From Trypanosoma brucei (lineage: Eukaryota), in contig CM000208.1 of NCBI GenBank assembly GCA_000002445.1, positions 3,520,001 through 3,584,000 of the forward strand: a DNA stretch of 64,000 nucleotides. Direction: 5' to 3'. Numbering within the stretch: position 1 is the first letter of the stretch; every line of letters begins with the position of its first letter. Shown here in pieces: positions 9,741 through 21,818 of the stretch. The notes under the pieces are model-generated. The model saw nothing but the letters and a program-made list of their open reading frames with translations, was not told where the DNA came from and made no database searches. A program made the position numbers and the translations under genes.

Positions 9741-11663
9741 CTACACCTTCTTGACTTGGGACGCCCGAACGAAGACACCCTTCCCTTTCGGGCATGTAAA
9801 GTATTGTTTTTTATCAATAAACGAAGATCCATCGTTAGTCCCTTCATTTCCTTCAAACATTTCCAATCCTATCCAGATACCGGCACCAAAAGCTGTAGGG
9901 CCATTGAAGCGAACAGCCGCACGGAATCCTTTATACGTGACAATGTCACCTATATGCAAATCTTTCGCCGAGCTAACGTGATTAACGGCGGCGGAACGAC
10001 CGGGTGTAGTGGAACGGGTGCCGAAGCGCCCGGGTGTGGTGGTCCTTGTTGAAGTATGGCTCACCGGCAGAGAGCTGTTCGCCAGCCGAGACACACCGGC
10101 ACGCGCTGCCGACGTGCTCCGACCCGTGGTGGTAGTTCGGGACGGCGTACCGCTGCGCATCGGTGTTGAGCCGATGGTACGCGAGTGTGTGGCCCCAGCA
10201 ACCCGAACGGGAGTTCCACGTCGAACGGTACTTGCCGCGCTTCTCGCAAGTGGGCTCCGTGTCGTTAACCTGTTGCCTGCTGGTCGTGACATGGAGCCGT
10301 TGGAACTTTCGTTGGCGCTGCTACGCCCTGGACGCACGCCTGTGCGTGCAGGGGAAGTAACCCGCAGCGAGCTGCTTGTGCCGGCGGCGCGGCCTGCACC
10401 GACACGCGAAGCCGTGGAAGGAGTCTCGGCTCGCCGCGGGGTGCTCGTGCGGCGGTTTTCTTTCTCGCGTGTCGCTCGGCTCTCCTCCCGCCGCTCCTGT
10501 GCCTCTCGCAGTCTCTGGTTTTCACGTTGCAGGAGTGTAATACACTGGTGCAACGCCTGTGCCTCCTTGTTGAACATTTTGCAAGCTTGAGCCACCTCAG
10601 GAGTGGGCAATGTTTCAAGGATTTTTGGTACCATAACCGATTGTCGTGGGCGCGCTACATCCTCTAACCATTGATGCCCAAGCGCGTCGTTGAGAGACAT
10701 TCGTTTGTGGGGATCCTTGTTTAGCAACCTCTCAATGAAATCAAAGGCGATGGGCGATATGCCCTGCGGCTCGGGCAGCGTCGTGTCCATGATGAAACGA
10801 AAAACCTCCTTCTCTGGGGCGTGGGCAGCTGCGGAGTAGGGAAAGCTCCCGGAGAGCATAATGTAAGTCACGACACCAACCGACCATGTGTCTGCCTTGA
10901 AACCATCGTAGTGTGTTTGAGTAAATTTTGCATAAAACATTTCTGGTGGGCCGTACCGAGGCGTGCCAATGACATCTGAGCAAACGATGCGCTTACCAAT
11001 AAGGCGCTCAGCGCCAGGGTATTGCATGGATAAACTAATAGGATCTAATGCATCGCGCTCCTCCGCGGACGTACATATGCCTTTGGACCGCTTAGCAAGA
11101 CCAAAGTCCGTCAACTTGATGTTATCGTCATCACTAACAAGCAGATTCTCCGGTTTTATGTCACGGTGAATAACATCGTGGATGTGACAATGTAGCACAG
11201 CTTTTATTATCTGATATGTGTAGTATTTCGACGTTTCCTCAGACAGTTTCCCCTCCGGTGCTTGGAGAATTATTTCACACAAGTCACCACACTGAACCTC
11301 CTCAAAGAAAAGAAGAAACTCCTCCTCTGTCTCAATGTACTCTAAAAATGTGACAACATTACCATGCGACGGAATGTGACGTAGTACATCGATCTCCCGT
11401 TTCACCTCTGCCATGGCGCGCTCCACATTTCCCTTGGTCAGAGACAAAAGGTACTCCTTCTGTATTATCTTCACAACAACCTTCATTCCTGGTTGAAATG
11501 ACGGTGGCTCGTACGGATCAATAACCGAACAGCGCTTGACTACGCTCCACGCCCCACGCCCGGCGACAGAATCGTTATGGATGATATATTTATTATCTAC
11601 ATGAGTGACATCCGCCGTTGGTGGGTTTTCTTGTGCAGTCACTTCTGTGTCAGTGGATTCCAT
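9741..11663 (-). CDS. Ser/Thr protein kinase (CAMK-like) fused to a C-terminal CAP-Gly domain, with a long S/T/R-rich linker
   Basis: Kinase motifs are present: VVK, HRDIKPENLL, DFGLAKR, GTPRYGPPE, DTWSVGV, with a long activation-loop insertion. The C-terminus GDIVTYKGFRAAVRFNGPTAFGAGIWIGLEMFEGNEGTNDGSSFIDKKQYFTCPKGKGVFVRASQV matches the CAP-Gly consensus (GxWxGxExDEPxGKNDGS...YFxC..G.FVR). The ORF-track start is TTG; the first ATG (MESTDTEV) is about 11663. Confidence 0.8.
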   Translation of the reverse strand: MESTDTEVTAQENPPTADVTHVDNKYIIHNDSVAGRGAWSVVKRCSVIDPYEPPSFQPGMKVVVKIIQKEYLLSLTKGNVERAMAEVKREIDVLRHIPSHGNVVTFLEYIETEEEFLLFFEEVQCGDLCEIILQAPEGKLSEETSKYYTYQIIKAVLHCHIHDVIHRDIKPENLLVSDDDNIKLTDFGLAKRSKGICTSAEERDALDPISLSMQYPGAERLIGKRIVCSDVIGTPRYGPPEMFYAKFTQTHYDGFKADTWSVGVVTYIMLSGSFPYSAAAHAPEKEVFRFIMDTTLPEPQGISPIAFDFIERLLNKDPHKRMSLNDALGHQWLEDVARPRQSVMVPKILETLPTPEVAQACKMFNKEAQALHQCITLLQRENQRLREAQERREESRATREKENRRTSTPRRAETPSTASRVGAGRAAGTSSSLRVTSPARTGVRPGRSSANESSNGSMSRPAGNRLTTRSPLARSAASTVRRGTPVRVAGATHSRTIGSTPMRSGTPSRTTTTGRSTSAARAGVSRLANSSLPVSHTSTRTTTPGRFGTRSTTPGRSAAVNHVSSAKDLHIGDIVTYKGFRAAVRFNGPTAFGAGIWIGLEMFEGNEGTNDGSSFIDKKQYFTCPKGKGVFVRASQVKKV

Positions 11664-13285
11664 TTCAATAAGAAACCCCAACGCAGAGAGATTATCACTG
11701 GTATATAAAAGGGAAGCAACGCTGCCTTTTTTTGCTTTCTTACACCTAATTTATTTTTACACCGTTTCATTAAGAACACACGTTGAGAGAAAAAAAGGCA
11801 GAAAAGACAATTTCATTGCGAAGCAAATATAACCAAAAGAGAGGGGGGATAGTAGTGCCGGCACCAGCCACGGGTGTACAGGGGAAAGGGGGAAAAAAAG
11901 CAATTGATGAAATTGATGAGAGGAAGGAAGAACAAGAAGGGGGATGAAAGCATTCAGCCTTTTTCTTTTTTTTCCTTCTAACGGGAAGCCAAGAAGCACC
12001 ACTCGTGGACGTAAATAGTTAGTGGGGCACCATTCTTCCATATTACCCCCGGGGGAGATAAACACTAGGTATATCTTTAAATGTATATACCGGCGAGCTG
12101 ACACCACAGAGCCGTCACAAGCAAGGCGATGGTCCCCCCTACGAGCAAAAACAAACAAACAACAAATAAATGGAGAAAAAAGTTACGAAAAACAGGTGGC
12201 AGTCACGTAGAGGCAATGGGAAGGAGAGAGAAAAGCATAACAACCGAAGAACAAAAACAAACGAGTTGGAAACCAAAGAGGATGACAGAAGCGTATTTAT
12301 CCCCACGGATACGTAAAGCAGCAGGGGCCACGTCCTACATCATGTAAGTACCAAAAAGCATGCCCTGGAGAACTTCCTACTCCCAAGAAGTAAAAATAAG
12401 AGGCAACATCCACCGCCACACACGCCTCCAGCTTAGAAAGGGTATCACATGCAATAATGCGGCACCACCTAGCCTGCCTTCAGCTCTCATTTTAACAAAT
12501 ATGTCAGACATACACATTTTGCACGGAAGAAAGCAAACGAATCGAGAGGATCCCACTGCAAGACGGGAGGCAAAAGGGTGAAAACAACGTCACTCACGCA
12601 CGTGTACGCAAACACGGTCTGTAGGGATGACCCAGGACACACGCTTCAACCCTTCACAGAGGCGAAACTGGAAACACAAATAAGAGAAGCAAAAGGCAAA
12701 TAAAATGAATAATAAACCTTGGGTCTTCAAGCAAAGGGGCAGCACCGGAAAAAGGAACATTCACAACACTGACACCGTTAGTGTAAGTGTCGCCTCTTAT
12801 TGAAAATTAGGTCCAGTATTCCCTATTCTGGCCTCTCCAGAGTGCATTCACCTTGCATTCGTTCCACGTGCTCAAACGTTGGAGGTACAACCGACCCCAG
12901 ACTCTAGCATCCGCCACAAACACAGTCCCTCAGGTGAAACGCCTTTTCACAAATCCCTTTCTCCTACCTGGTTCCGTGGAGAATTCCCCCCCCCTCTCTC
13001 TACTCCCTTTGTCACCCACTCTACCACTTATCCAACCACTAATCACCAAATTTCCTTCCTTTTCCCCTCCCCTTTCTGTCCCTTTCCATCATTCCATCCA
13101 CCATAGGTGCCATTGCTCACTACCACATTCCTTCAAATTGTGCTGTCCTCTTCCCCCACCCCTTACATCAAACAGCACGTTTTGCCTCCTATAGCACGCC
13201 AGTCTGCATTATTCGCTTTTTCTCCTCCCCTAAAAAAAAAAAAATCATTCCTACAAATTAATTTTATCTTTAAACTCAGTCGCCG

Positions 13286-14140
13286 CTAGACCTTTAAGAA
13301 GGGATGTTGCAAGAGCGTTGCAGCGTCGGGGCGCTCCGCAACGGTGCGACGGAAACATAAGTCAAGAAAATCGTACGCCTCCTGCGATCCTAAGGCATTA
13401 GGGTCCTTTGGGATAGCATCGGGCCAACCTGTGGACATGGCGAGTTTGTTCATTATATGCATCACATTAGCCATGGGTGTCCACGGTGCACGACCCGTAA
13501 TCATCTCGGCAACCGTGCACCCAGCCGACCAAATATCCGCCTTAAATGGATCGTACCCATTCTCATCCGTAATAACTTCTGGGGCCATCCAGTAAGGAGT
13601 GCCTGCAAGCGTGGATGTCGCCGCCTGCCGAAGAGTTCCATATGTGGTCATAACCTTCGCTTGGTCGAAATCGGCGAGCTTTGCTATGCCTGTGTCCATT
13701 GATATAAGCAGGTTGTCCCCCTTTATATCACGGTGAGCAACTTTATTCCGGTGCAAATATTCCAATCCAGAAAACATTTGGCGGGAATACACACGCACCA
13801 CTGGGTACGGCAGATGACCATTGGGGAGAGTCTTCATGAGCGACGAAACGGAGCCGCCAGTGACAAACTCGAGATACAAGTACAAACGTTTGGGCGTGCT
13901 CTCGTTATCGATGCGGCTGTGAAGGTATCGAATGACGTTTTCATGCACCAACTTCTTGTGAACCTCCACCTCGGTGTTAGTTGGGGAATCTTCCGCCAAT
14001 TCCAACTCCTTAACAGCAACAAACTGCCCACTGGGAAGGATGCCGGCATATACTGAGCCAAAGCTCCCGCTACCAAGTTTCTTACCCATCGTTATTTGGT
14101 TCAACTCAGCCACATCCACGGAACACATGCCTGCGGGCAT
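13286..14140 (-). CDS. STE-group (STE11/STE20-like) protein kinase, catalytic domain only; DFG motif reads DFD
   Basis: GKKLGSGSFGSVY, AVKEL, HRDIKGDNLL, GTPYWMAPEV, DIWSAGCTV. The activation-segment motif is ADFDQAK rather than DFG. Confidence 0.75.
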   Translation of the reverse strand: MPAGMCSVDVAELNQITMGKKLGSGSFGSVYAGILPSGQFVAVKELELAEDSPTNTEVEVHKKLVHENVIRYLHSRIDNESTPKRLYLYLEFVTGGSVSSLMKTLPNGHLPYPVVRVYSRQMFSGLEYLHRNKVAHRDIKGDNLLISMDTGIAKLADFDQAKVMTTYGTLRQAATSTLAGTPYWMAPEVITDENGYDPFKADIWSAGCTVAEMITGRAPWTPMANVMHIMNKLAMSTGWPDAIPKDPNALGSQEAYDFLDLCFRRTVAERPDAATLLQHPFLKV

Positions 14141-14897
14141 TTCACTTAGTCTTTTCCCGCCCTCTTCCCGGGTATGGATGGGTTCCTTTTGTTTTCCTTT
14201 GTGTGAACGGCTGATTACCTTATTACTTTTCCTTTTTGGTTTTCACCGTAGATATGGCAAAGAAGCCAAAACAATCCTTGATGACTGTCATTTAAGCGCA
14301 GCCAGTCGCGGGCGGCCATGCACGCAGCACCAGATAAAGTAGAGGAGGGAAATCCGGTGTGAACTACGAGCAGAAGGTATCATTCAAATAGCCCGACTGA
14401 GCTGACGAAGTGAACCTGCACAAAAATTAGAAAAGGCGATTCTCACGAAGTTCCCTTAAAATAAATTGCTGTTAAGAAACGCGCGGGCATTTTATCCTTA
14501 TTATATCTTTTCTTTACTTATATTTACCCTTTTTTTTCTTTGTTCCGGCGATTGTACGTAACACCTCCTTTGTCGCACCAGTGGCACTCCTATCCTCATC
14601 CCGCTCCATCCCAGGCTCTGCTATGCCACCATCATCAACACCGCCTCCCTCCGCCTCTACAATCCCTTCCCCACCGTTCATGCACTCCGGTCCCATCGAC
14701 CTTTCGCGTGGACTAAATGAGGGAAAAGAAAGGGAGGAAAAGGGCAAGGCAGTAGCTTAGCGGCGTACTTCATCCGTCTTCTAGCCGCTCCTGAATCAAA
14801 GCTATCTTTCTCGCTCCCCAGTTTCTCTCATACTTTCCTTAACAAAAAAAAAAAAGACACTGCGATGTCTTATCACACACACACACACGGCGTTTCA

Positions 14898-16046
14898 CTA
14901 CTCCTTGCGCTTCTTCTCTAGCGAAAACGGAAGCTTGCTCGTTGTCAGCAGCAATTCGTCGGTGTATGGAGGAAGCTCTGGCGCCTTCTGCATTTTCAAG
15001 CCAGTCACAACTTCAATCTTTTTGGCTGTCACGAGCAACGTCACCTTGAAATGCCCAACTACCTCGCCGTCCTTCTCGTAGAGCACAGGGTACGGAACAA
15101 CGGCACTATGTTTTACCATCTCCGATAGACCGAGGCGAGCTTTCTTCGTCTCTAAGTTGCGGAAGGCAAAAGGAAATGTTCCATATTTTGACTCAATCTC
15201 TCGCTGAAGCTCACGTGCCGACTCCATCTTCATGGTGTACTTGCTGTCCAGGGCTACCTTGAAGACGGAGGGACGAAGATCCCGCTCCTTCAGTTTGCCC
15301 TTTCCAGAGCTCATGACAATGTCCAATGTCCACACCTGCCCAGCTTCCAAAGTGTAGTCATGGACAAGATGCTCAGCCACCTTCTTTTGGGGAATACAGC
15401 GGAAGCTGTCCACAATGTAGCGCTTCAGCATGTGCGAAAGCACTCCCTCCGCGGGTGTTACGCCGTAGTGAGCAGCAGCTTTTTCGATGACCTCTGTTAC
15501 CTCATACACATTTGTGCCTGGACGCATCTTGCGCACAGCAGTGTTAAGGATCTTGTAAGCAGCTGTAATTACCTTCGCTGCCTTCTCATCCGAACCAAGC
15601 TCTTTGTTTTCCGTCACCTGTACCGTATGCGCTACCTGAGCACAGTATCCATCAATGTGAATGCCCAAGTCAACGTGTACAACATCACCAAGTTGCACCA
15701 CTTGTGAGGCTGCATCGTCACCGGGAGATGGGCAATTGTGCGCCACGCAGTTGTTCAGCGAAATGCAAGTGGGAAAGGCAATACCCTTCTCTGTGCCCCT
15801 AAACATCGTCCTCAACTTCTTCGCGATCGTTTCATCACCCAGTTTGCACAAGTCGTAAACCTTTGCACCAGGTACGATGGCGTCAAGAAGAACCTGCAGC
15901 GTCTCGTTACACCAGACAGCGGCCTTCTTGTACCGCATCACGACATCAGAGTTGTTGATAGTGGTATCTTCTTCTTCCTCTTCGGCTTGTTCATCCACGT
16001 CTTCCCATTCCTCAATCTTCCCCTCCTCACCTTCTGGCCGAGACAT
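14898..16046 (-). CDS. PA2G4/EBP1-like protein (peptidase M24 fold, methionine-aminopeptidase-2-related, likely non-catalytic) with acidic N-terminus
   Basis: AFPTCISLNNCVAHNCPSPGD...VVHVDLGIHIDGYCAQVAHT matches PA2G4/EBP1 (SVNNCVCHFSP...[21 protein letters not shown]). Length of about 380 aa fits EBP1 rather than MetAP2. ATG confirmed. Confidence 0.75.
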   Translation of the reverse strand: MSRPEGEEGKIEEWEDVDEQAEEEEEDTTINNSDVVMRYKKAAVWCNETLQVLLDAIVPGAKVYDLCKLGDETIAKKLRTMFRGTEKGIAFPTCISLNNCVAHNCPSPGDDAASQVVQLGDVVHVDLGIHIDGYCAQVAHTVQVTENKELGSDEKAAKVITAAYKILNTAVRKMRPGTNVYEVTEVIEKAAAHYGVTPAEGVLSHMLKRYIVDSFRCIPQKKVAEHLVHDYTLEAGQVWTLDIVMSSGKGKLKERDLRPSVFKVALDSKYTMKMESARELQREIESKYGTFPFAFRNLETKKARLGLSEMVKHSAVVPYPVLYEKDGEVVGHFKVTLLVTAKKIEVVTGLKMQKAPELPPYTDELLLTTSKLPFSLEKKRKE

Positions 16047-17926
16047 CGCTTATTATGGTTTGGTGATAGTGATAAAGGCACAAAATGTTTACTAACACCC
16101 GTGTGACAGATATGAGCCGTGCTCCTCAACTTCAAAAAGGAAAAAACTGAGCAGAGGCAGGGTAGGAATAAAAGAGAACAAACACCGAAAGAGAGAAGGG
16201 TCAGTGAACATAGTATCATCCACACGAAGGCCACAACACCAACAGCAAAGTCAATGACAGCAACCAAAAACAAAAAACGGACAGATACCCTGGGGAGAAG
16301 GAGGGGGAGTCGCTCTCTTTACAACAGTTAGAGGAGGACAAGAAGTGGCACCTTCGAAAATTACCGGGGAAAGTTGCAAGGAAAGTGCAGCAGATAGGGT
16401 GGGGCCAGACCCTCTGCACATCCGATTAAGCACCAGAAGAGCCAACAGTACGCCCCTCACCACGGGGCATTATCAACAAGTGACAGCGTCCATGTTCAAA
16501 ACTTGCCAGAGTACACTGAAGTGCAAGATCGTGAACATTTAAAAATAACAAAAAAGGCGCTGCGAAACAATATCTCAAACGATGAAGGGCAAACATGACA
16601 GAACCTTGATTCAGGAATGCGGGACAATAACGTACAATGATTATTCGATATGTGTGGGTGTCCCCCATGTCGTCACCGTCGCAACTGCAGCACGGGTCGG
16701 TGCACCATGACACGTACCTCAACAGTCTGTAGCGAAAGATCACATTAGAGAAGTTCAATCAGACAAATTGTAAAGTGAGAGAATCTTAGCAACCTCATTT
16801 GTCATGAAAATTACACTCTCCCTCCTCAACCACCACCACTAAAAAAAAAAATACGAAAAATGCAAGATTATCCGACAGAACAGCACCTTCAAGCCACTTC
16901 ATGTGGGGGAGCGACGTATTGTGCGGCAAAGAAGATATCAAGTTCAAGGAGTGTTTACACAAAGTAAAAGGCAAACGTACATAACGCAAATCACAGCTCA
17001 AAGAGGCTGAACCCTTTCCTAATCGTATATTAAAAAGAGGAGTGCACACGACAGCATGGCTGAATGTGCCAATCAATGCAGCAAAACATTCGCTTCCCTT
17101 CCACCTCATTTCGTAATATCACCGCAGCCTTATTCTCTAATGATTTATTAATAATAACATCCATTTCCTGAGGGGCACAAACAGTGCAGATATGTAATTT
17201 ACCAACCCTTCAATGAAAACACGCAAGAATTTGTTGCTGGGACCCTCAAACACAAACATGATCGACACAACGCCACTCGGTGAGCCAACGGGCACCATTG
17301 CACTGCAAAGTCAACCGAAGACCACCGGAAATCATCACAAAACTATGCACAGCGTGGACAAATGCTCCGTATCCAGTACGAAAGTTGGGAGCAGCAGTAG
17401 CAGTGCCTTCGTATTTAATCACGCCCACCCTCACCCTCTGAGATTATTCCATTCCACCGCACAATGTGTTGTCGGCATATAGCTTGACAAAACAGGACCC
17501 CATACCCTTGCCAAGTGCAGGAAGACTTTCACCAAAACAAGTAACCAGATGGGTGGCTCACGTCCCACTGTTTTAATTCAACTCCCACGTGGGTGCGATC
17601 AGCGACTCAATATCATTGTGTGAGGTCCGCAGCACAAGCGGGTTTCCATGCAACACATAAAGGCATTCTTACGTTAGACGCCCGTAAAATGAGTGGTACG
17701 GCACAAAACCACAAATTGTTCAAAAACTAGTCCACCATAAGAGTATACACAACCCAACCACGCTCTCGACCGTCAGTCATGTCTACCAGAGGTCAACCGG
17801 ACTCAAAAAAAAAAAAAACGTCCCCTCCGGTGAGGCACCCAATGTCCAGGCAAAAACAAGAAAAAAGCACACCAAAATTATTCGAAACGATCCACATGTA
17901 AAAATGCCGCGGATCCTCACCCGAGG

Positions 17927-19090
17927 TTAAAAGTTGAACGCTTCATCGTCAAGTCCAGGTTTGGGAGGCAGTTGCGATCCGGCAGAATCTGATCCGGGAG
18001 GTCCTCCCCCAAAAAACAAGGTCGTAGATGAACTAGCCCGGTCCCTTCCTAGTGTAGCTGCAGAAGAAGCTCCCTCGCATCCACCAAAGCTTGTCGTACT
18101 GACACTTAACCTGCGTGCAGCACCGGCAGCATGAAATGGGTTGTGAGGCTGGCCGGTGGCGATACCCGCATACATTGCCGTCGCTGTACCCCCAGCCTCC
18201 GCCGCACTTCCTGTGCCAGTGAAGTAAGGATGCCGAAGACACTGCGTAGCTGTTAGACGGTCACTCGGGTTAAACTTCAACATCTGTTCCATTAAATCGA
18301 TGGCGTTTGGTGGAGCACCAGCCAATAACTGTCGTAGTGGCGTTGGAGCCACCGTTGGAAAGCGCATATTTAGGCGACGCAAGAGCTGGTAACCTTCATC
18401 CCACTCTGCGGTAGTTGGAGCCCCAAGAATTGAACAGATCTTGAACAGTTGGTCATTACCTGACGACCCCGGAAAGAGGGGTCGGTTCAGATAAAGCTCA
18501 GCAAATATGACACCGCAAGCCCATATATCTACAGGGGAATTGTAGTGAGTGGAACGGAGGATTATTTCCGGTGCCCTGTACCACCGAGTCGACACATATT
18601 CCGTGAACGGTGGCCGAGAACGAATTTCCTTAGCTAATCCAAAGTCGGCCACCTTCACAACATCCCCCTTCGTCAGCAAATTTTCAGGTTTCAGATCGCG
18701 ATGCATGAAACCGTTCTTGTGCATGGCCTGTACCGCTAAAAGAGTCTGGCACATAATGCTTCGAATTTCCCGGTCATTGAAAATGCTTTGAACACCTCCC
18801 ATTTGTTCGGACCGCATCCGTTGAATCCCAAAGAGGTTCATTTCCATATACTCAAATATAAGAAAGAGTTCGTTGTTCTCGCGAACAACCTCCCTTAGCT
18901 TTACGATGTTAGGATGGTGCACCTTCCTAAGAAACTGAACCTCACGTAGTTGTAAACACTCCTCCCAGTTAGAGAAACGTTGCTTCATCTTTTTAACGGC
19001 AACAACTTCTCCTGTGCTGGTGTTTTGGGCCTTACTCACGACACCGAACGAACCGTCACCTAGCTGACCCAATATCGTATACCGATTCAT
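17927..19090 (-). CDS. CMGC protein kinase of the RCK family (MAK/ICK/MOK/LF4-like), TEY activation motif
   Basis: MNRYTILGQLGDGSFGVV...AVKKMKQRFSNWEECLQLREVQFLRKV resembles MAK/ICK N-termini. HRDLKPENLL, DFGLAKEI, TEYVSTRWYRAPE. ATG confirmed. Confidence 0.8.
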   Translation of the reverse strand: MNRYTILGQLGDGSFGVVSKAQNTSTGEVVAVKKMKQRFSNWEECLQLREVQFLRKVHHPNIVKLREVVRENNELFLIFEYMEMNLFGIQRMRSEQMGGVQSIFNDREIRSIMCQTLLAVQAMHKNGFMHRDLKPENLLTKGDVVKVADFGLAKEIRSRPPFTEYVSTRWYRAPEIILRSTHYNSPVDIWACGVIFAELYLNRPLFPGSSGNDQLFKICSILGAPTTAEWDEGYQLLRRLNMRFPTVAPTPLRQLLAGAPPNAIDLMEQMLKFNPSDRLTATQCLRHPYFTGTGSAAEAGGTATAMYAGIATGQPHNPFHAAGAARRLSVSTTSFGGCEGASSAATLGRDRASSSTTLFFGGGPPGSDSAGSQLPPKPGLDDEAFNF

Positions 19091-19756
19091 CTCCTCCGCA
19101 CTTTCGTAAAGCAGATAACCGAAAGAAGTTTATCACTCACCTATTACTGCCCTGTATGAAGTTTTATCTCTATTAAAATATGTGTTACCTTTCCTTCCCC
19201 CCTTGGGTATCTCTGACAGTGGGGGCCACCTTTTCGTATTTCCCTCTCCTACCTCCGATAGTATACGGACCAGCGTATACGAGTTGGAGAATGTCACTAA
19301 CTTAATGCGTATATTATATAATAACCAAACACAAAATCACTCTGTCAAGTTAAAAAAAAAAATTAGAAAGGAAGAGGAGGGAAAAGTCAACATGTGTAAC
19401 AGGGATTTGGAAGGCAGGACAGATAACACAAAAACATGAATACGTCTCCAGGAAACCTTGACAAACGTACCCCGTGCTGCGAGGAAGTAACCACGCCAGC
19501 TTCAGTGTTGTGAATTCAAATAGAAAAAAAGTAAATTAGGAGGGACAAAAAAACATCCCCTACCCCTGCCGGCTCCCCTTTCCCCTACCTTCACAATCGC
19601 GCATGCAAATATCACTCCTGATCGTCGCCACCCTTCCCGTAACATCATACATTTCACTCGCAACAATGATAACTTGTAAATAACGGAATAACATGCAGGA
19701 ACATCGAAACAGAGCGTGATAGGCGCATGAACATAGTCGTAAAACGAGTTGGATAT

Positions 19757-20239
19757 TCACTTCTTCGGCTGGGGTTTCGCGGATCCAAACGGTTGTCCGG
19801 CCTTCACTCCGCGGAGATGGATTCCAAACGCCCGTTCCATCTTCACAAGGACGCGCTCCTCAGGCACAGCCTTACCGTTTTCGTACTCAGTCACCACACC
19901 CACTCGCTCAGCGATTTGTTGTGCGAGCATCTGTTGGGTCCATCCTTTCGCTTGGCGTGCCTTCTGGATTGCTAGGCGAAGTCCATTGTCCACACGCTTC
20001 ACCTTCAGTGTCTCGGTATCCTCATCCAACCGTTTTGCGTTTGCACCTGGTCCTCCTTTCTGCACGTTGGAGCGGAAATGCTCCTTCTTGATTACCTCCA
20101 CATTGCCACCCCTCTGCAGTGCTCGGTTCGCCTCCGCTTCACTTACACGAGTCGGCCTCTGCTGAGTGTTTTTCCTGTTGTGGATGTTAAACACTTGCGG
20201 CTCCCAGTCCTGGCCCGTCATGATTTGACCGCGAGCCAT
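19757..20239 (-). CDS. MBF1: Multiprotein bridging factor 1 (MBF1) transcriptional coactivator/ribosome-associated HTH protein
   Basis: MBF1_N region followed by Cro/C1-type HTH (ARQAKGWTQQMLAQQIAERVGVVTEYENGKAVP). 160 aa. ATG confirmed. Confidence 0.85.
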   Translation of the reverse strand: MARGQIMTGQDWEPQVFNIHNRKNTQQRPTRVSEAEANRALQRGGNVEVIKKEHFRSNVQKGGPGANAKRLDEDTETLKVKRVDNGLRLAIQKARQAKGWTQQMLAQQIAERVGVVTEYENGKAVPEERVLVKMERAFGIHLRGVKAGQPFGSAKPQPKK

Positions 20240-20894
20240 CTTTTAGCTTAACACTATAATTAAGAAAGACCCCTTCACTTTTCTAATTAGTGCTGCGTAT
20301 TTTAAAAGCGAAAAAATTAAAAATTAAAGAGGTTAAAGATGTGGCAGGGACGGTAACTGACGACGAGACAAAAAAAAGAAAAAAAAAGACTCGCACAGCT
20401 ACTGCACCCACGAAACCTTTAAAAAACATTCGTAAACAGAGCGTTAAACGCCACACGCACTAACGTAGGGCAGCATACATCAATTGCTAATTATCATTTA
20501 AGTGAACGACAAAAAACAATGAATCGCTAAAACATTATCCCCCATAAATCGGGAGTAACAAATAAAAACCAGCAACGGCACATTCTATTCCTAACATTCA
20601 ACAATAGTGTCCATGCATACACTTCAAACTGCAAGACTACTACTTACCTACGCTAAAGAATTAAAACAAACGTCACCGTGCTAACAGAAATTAATATGCA
20701 TCAAAGCCACTTCCACAGTTTGCGCTCGTTGCCGCTCATGATAATCGTGACCTTCTTGGCCTTTGCCCTATTTTTTTTCTCTTAAAACAAACATATATCT
20801 CATCAAAGGCAGGTTCCCCCGCGCGCACTGCGTCCGTGATCCCGCACCCTACTGAAAACAGAAGATGACGGTACAACGTACCTCAATGAAATCA

Positions 20895-21818
20895 CTAATT
20901 CGATCTGCGCCACTCCACATAAATGGGTTTCAGCGCATCCACGCCGGAAAGTACACCAGCGCCAGCGATACCGCGTAGGATGTTTGCACCAGCGCCTCGC
21001 ATCAGGGACGCAGCTCCCTCCTGTTTAATCACCTGCAACATACAATCCATCGAGTTCTTGTACTTCACAGCAGCACCTGATGTCATCATCATGCGCCGGC
21101 GAACGGTGTCCAACGGGTAAGAAAGAAGCCCCGCCACAATAGTCACAGCCCATCCAAGGAAGAAGTTTACGATGAATGTGTCCACAGGAAGCATTGGCTG
21201 AAGGGTGTCGTAAAGACCAAAGTAGAAACCACGGTACACAACAATACCAATACAGGATACCACAAAGCCACGATACAACCCAGCGATGCCATCACTCTTC
21301 CATGTCTTGACATAGCAGTCCACAATACCGTTAAATTGGCGCTCCCCACCACCCTTCACAGACTTCGTGTCGTTAGCGAGACGGGTACGGACGTAGTCCA
21401 AGGAATACACAAAACAAAGAGATGCAGCACCAGCGAGACCACCAGATGCCATGTTACCCATAAACCACTTGCCATAGCCATCCTTCTCCTTTTTGTAATT
21501 GAACATCCTCTTAAATTTATCCTTAAAGGCGAAATTCAGCGCCTGAGTTGGAAAGTAACGCAGAACATTTGACAGGTTACCTCGCCAAAGCGGATACACG
21601 CCCTCCGTGCTGATGGTGCGCCGAAAGCAGTCAACGACACCGTTGTATGGCTTGTCCAGTCGGCCTTGCTTCATCATCTCTCCCTGGTTCTGTACGAGCA
21701 GTTTTACTCTTTCGATTGGAGCAGCCGCCGTCTTGGATAAACCGGCAGCGACACCACCAATCATAAACTCCTCAAGGAACCCAAGTTTGGGGGCCGGTTC
21801 CCGCTTTTTATCCGTCAT
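20895..21818 (-). CDS. Mitochondrial ADP/ATP carrier (SLC25 family), copy 1 of 3
   Basis: Three mitochondrial-carrier repeats with the RRRMMM signature. The 307-aa product is identical to the two downstream copies. Confidence 0.9.
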   Translation of the reverse strand: MTDKKREPAPKLGFLEEFMIGGVAAGLSKTAAAPIERVKLLVQNQGEMMKQGRLDKPYNGVVDCFRRTISTEGVYPLWRGNLSNVLRYFPTQALNFAFKDKFKRMFNYKKEKDGYGKWFMGNMASGGLAGAASLCFVYSLDYVRTRLANDTKSVKGGGERQFNGIVDCYVKTWKSDGIAGLYRGFVVSCIGIVVYRGFYFGLYDTLQPMLPVDTFIVNFFLGWAVTIVAGLLSYPLDTVRRRMMMTSGAAVKYKNSMDCMLQVIKQEGAASLMRGAGANILRGIAGAGVLSGVDALKPIYVEWRRSN

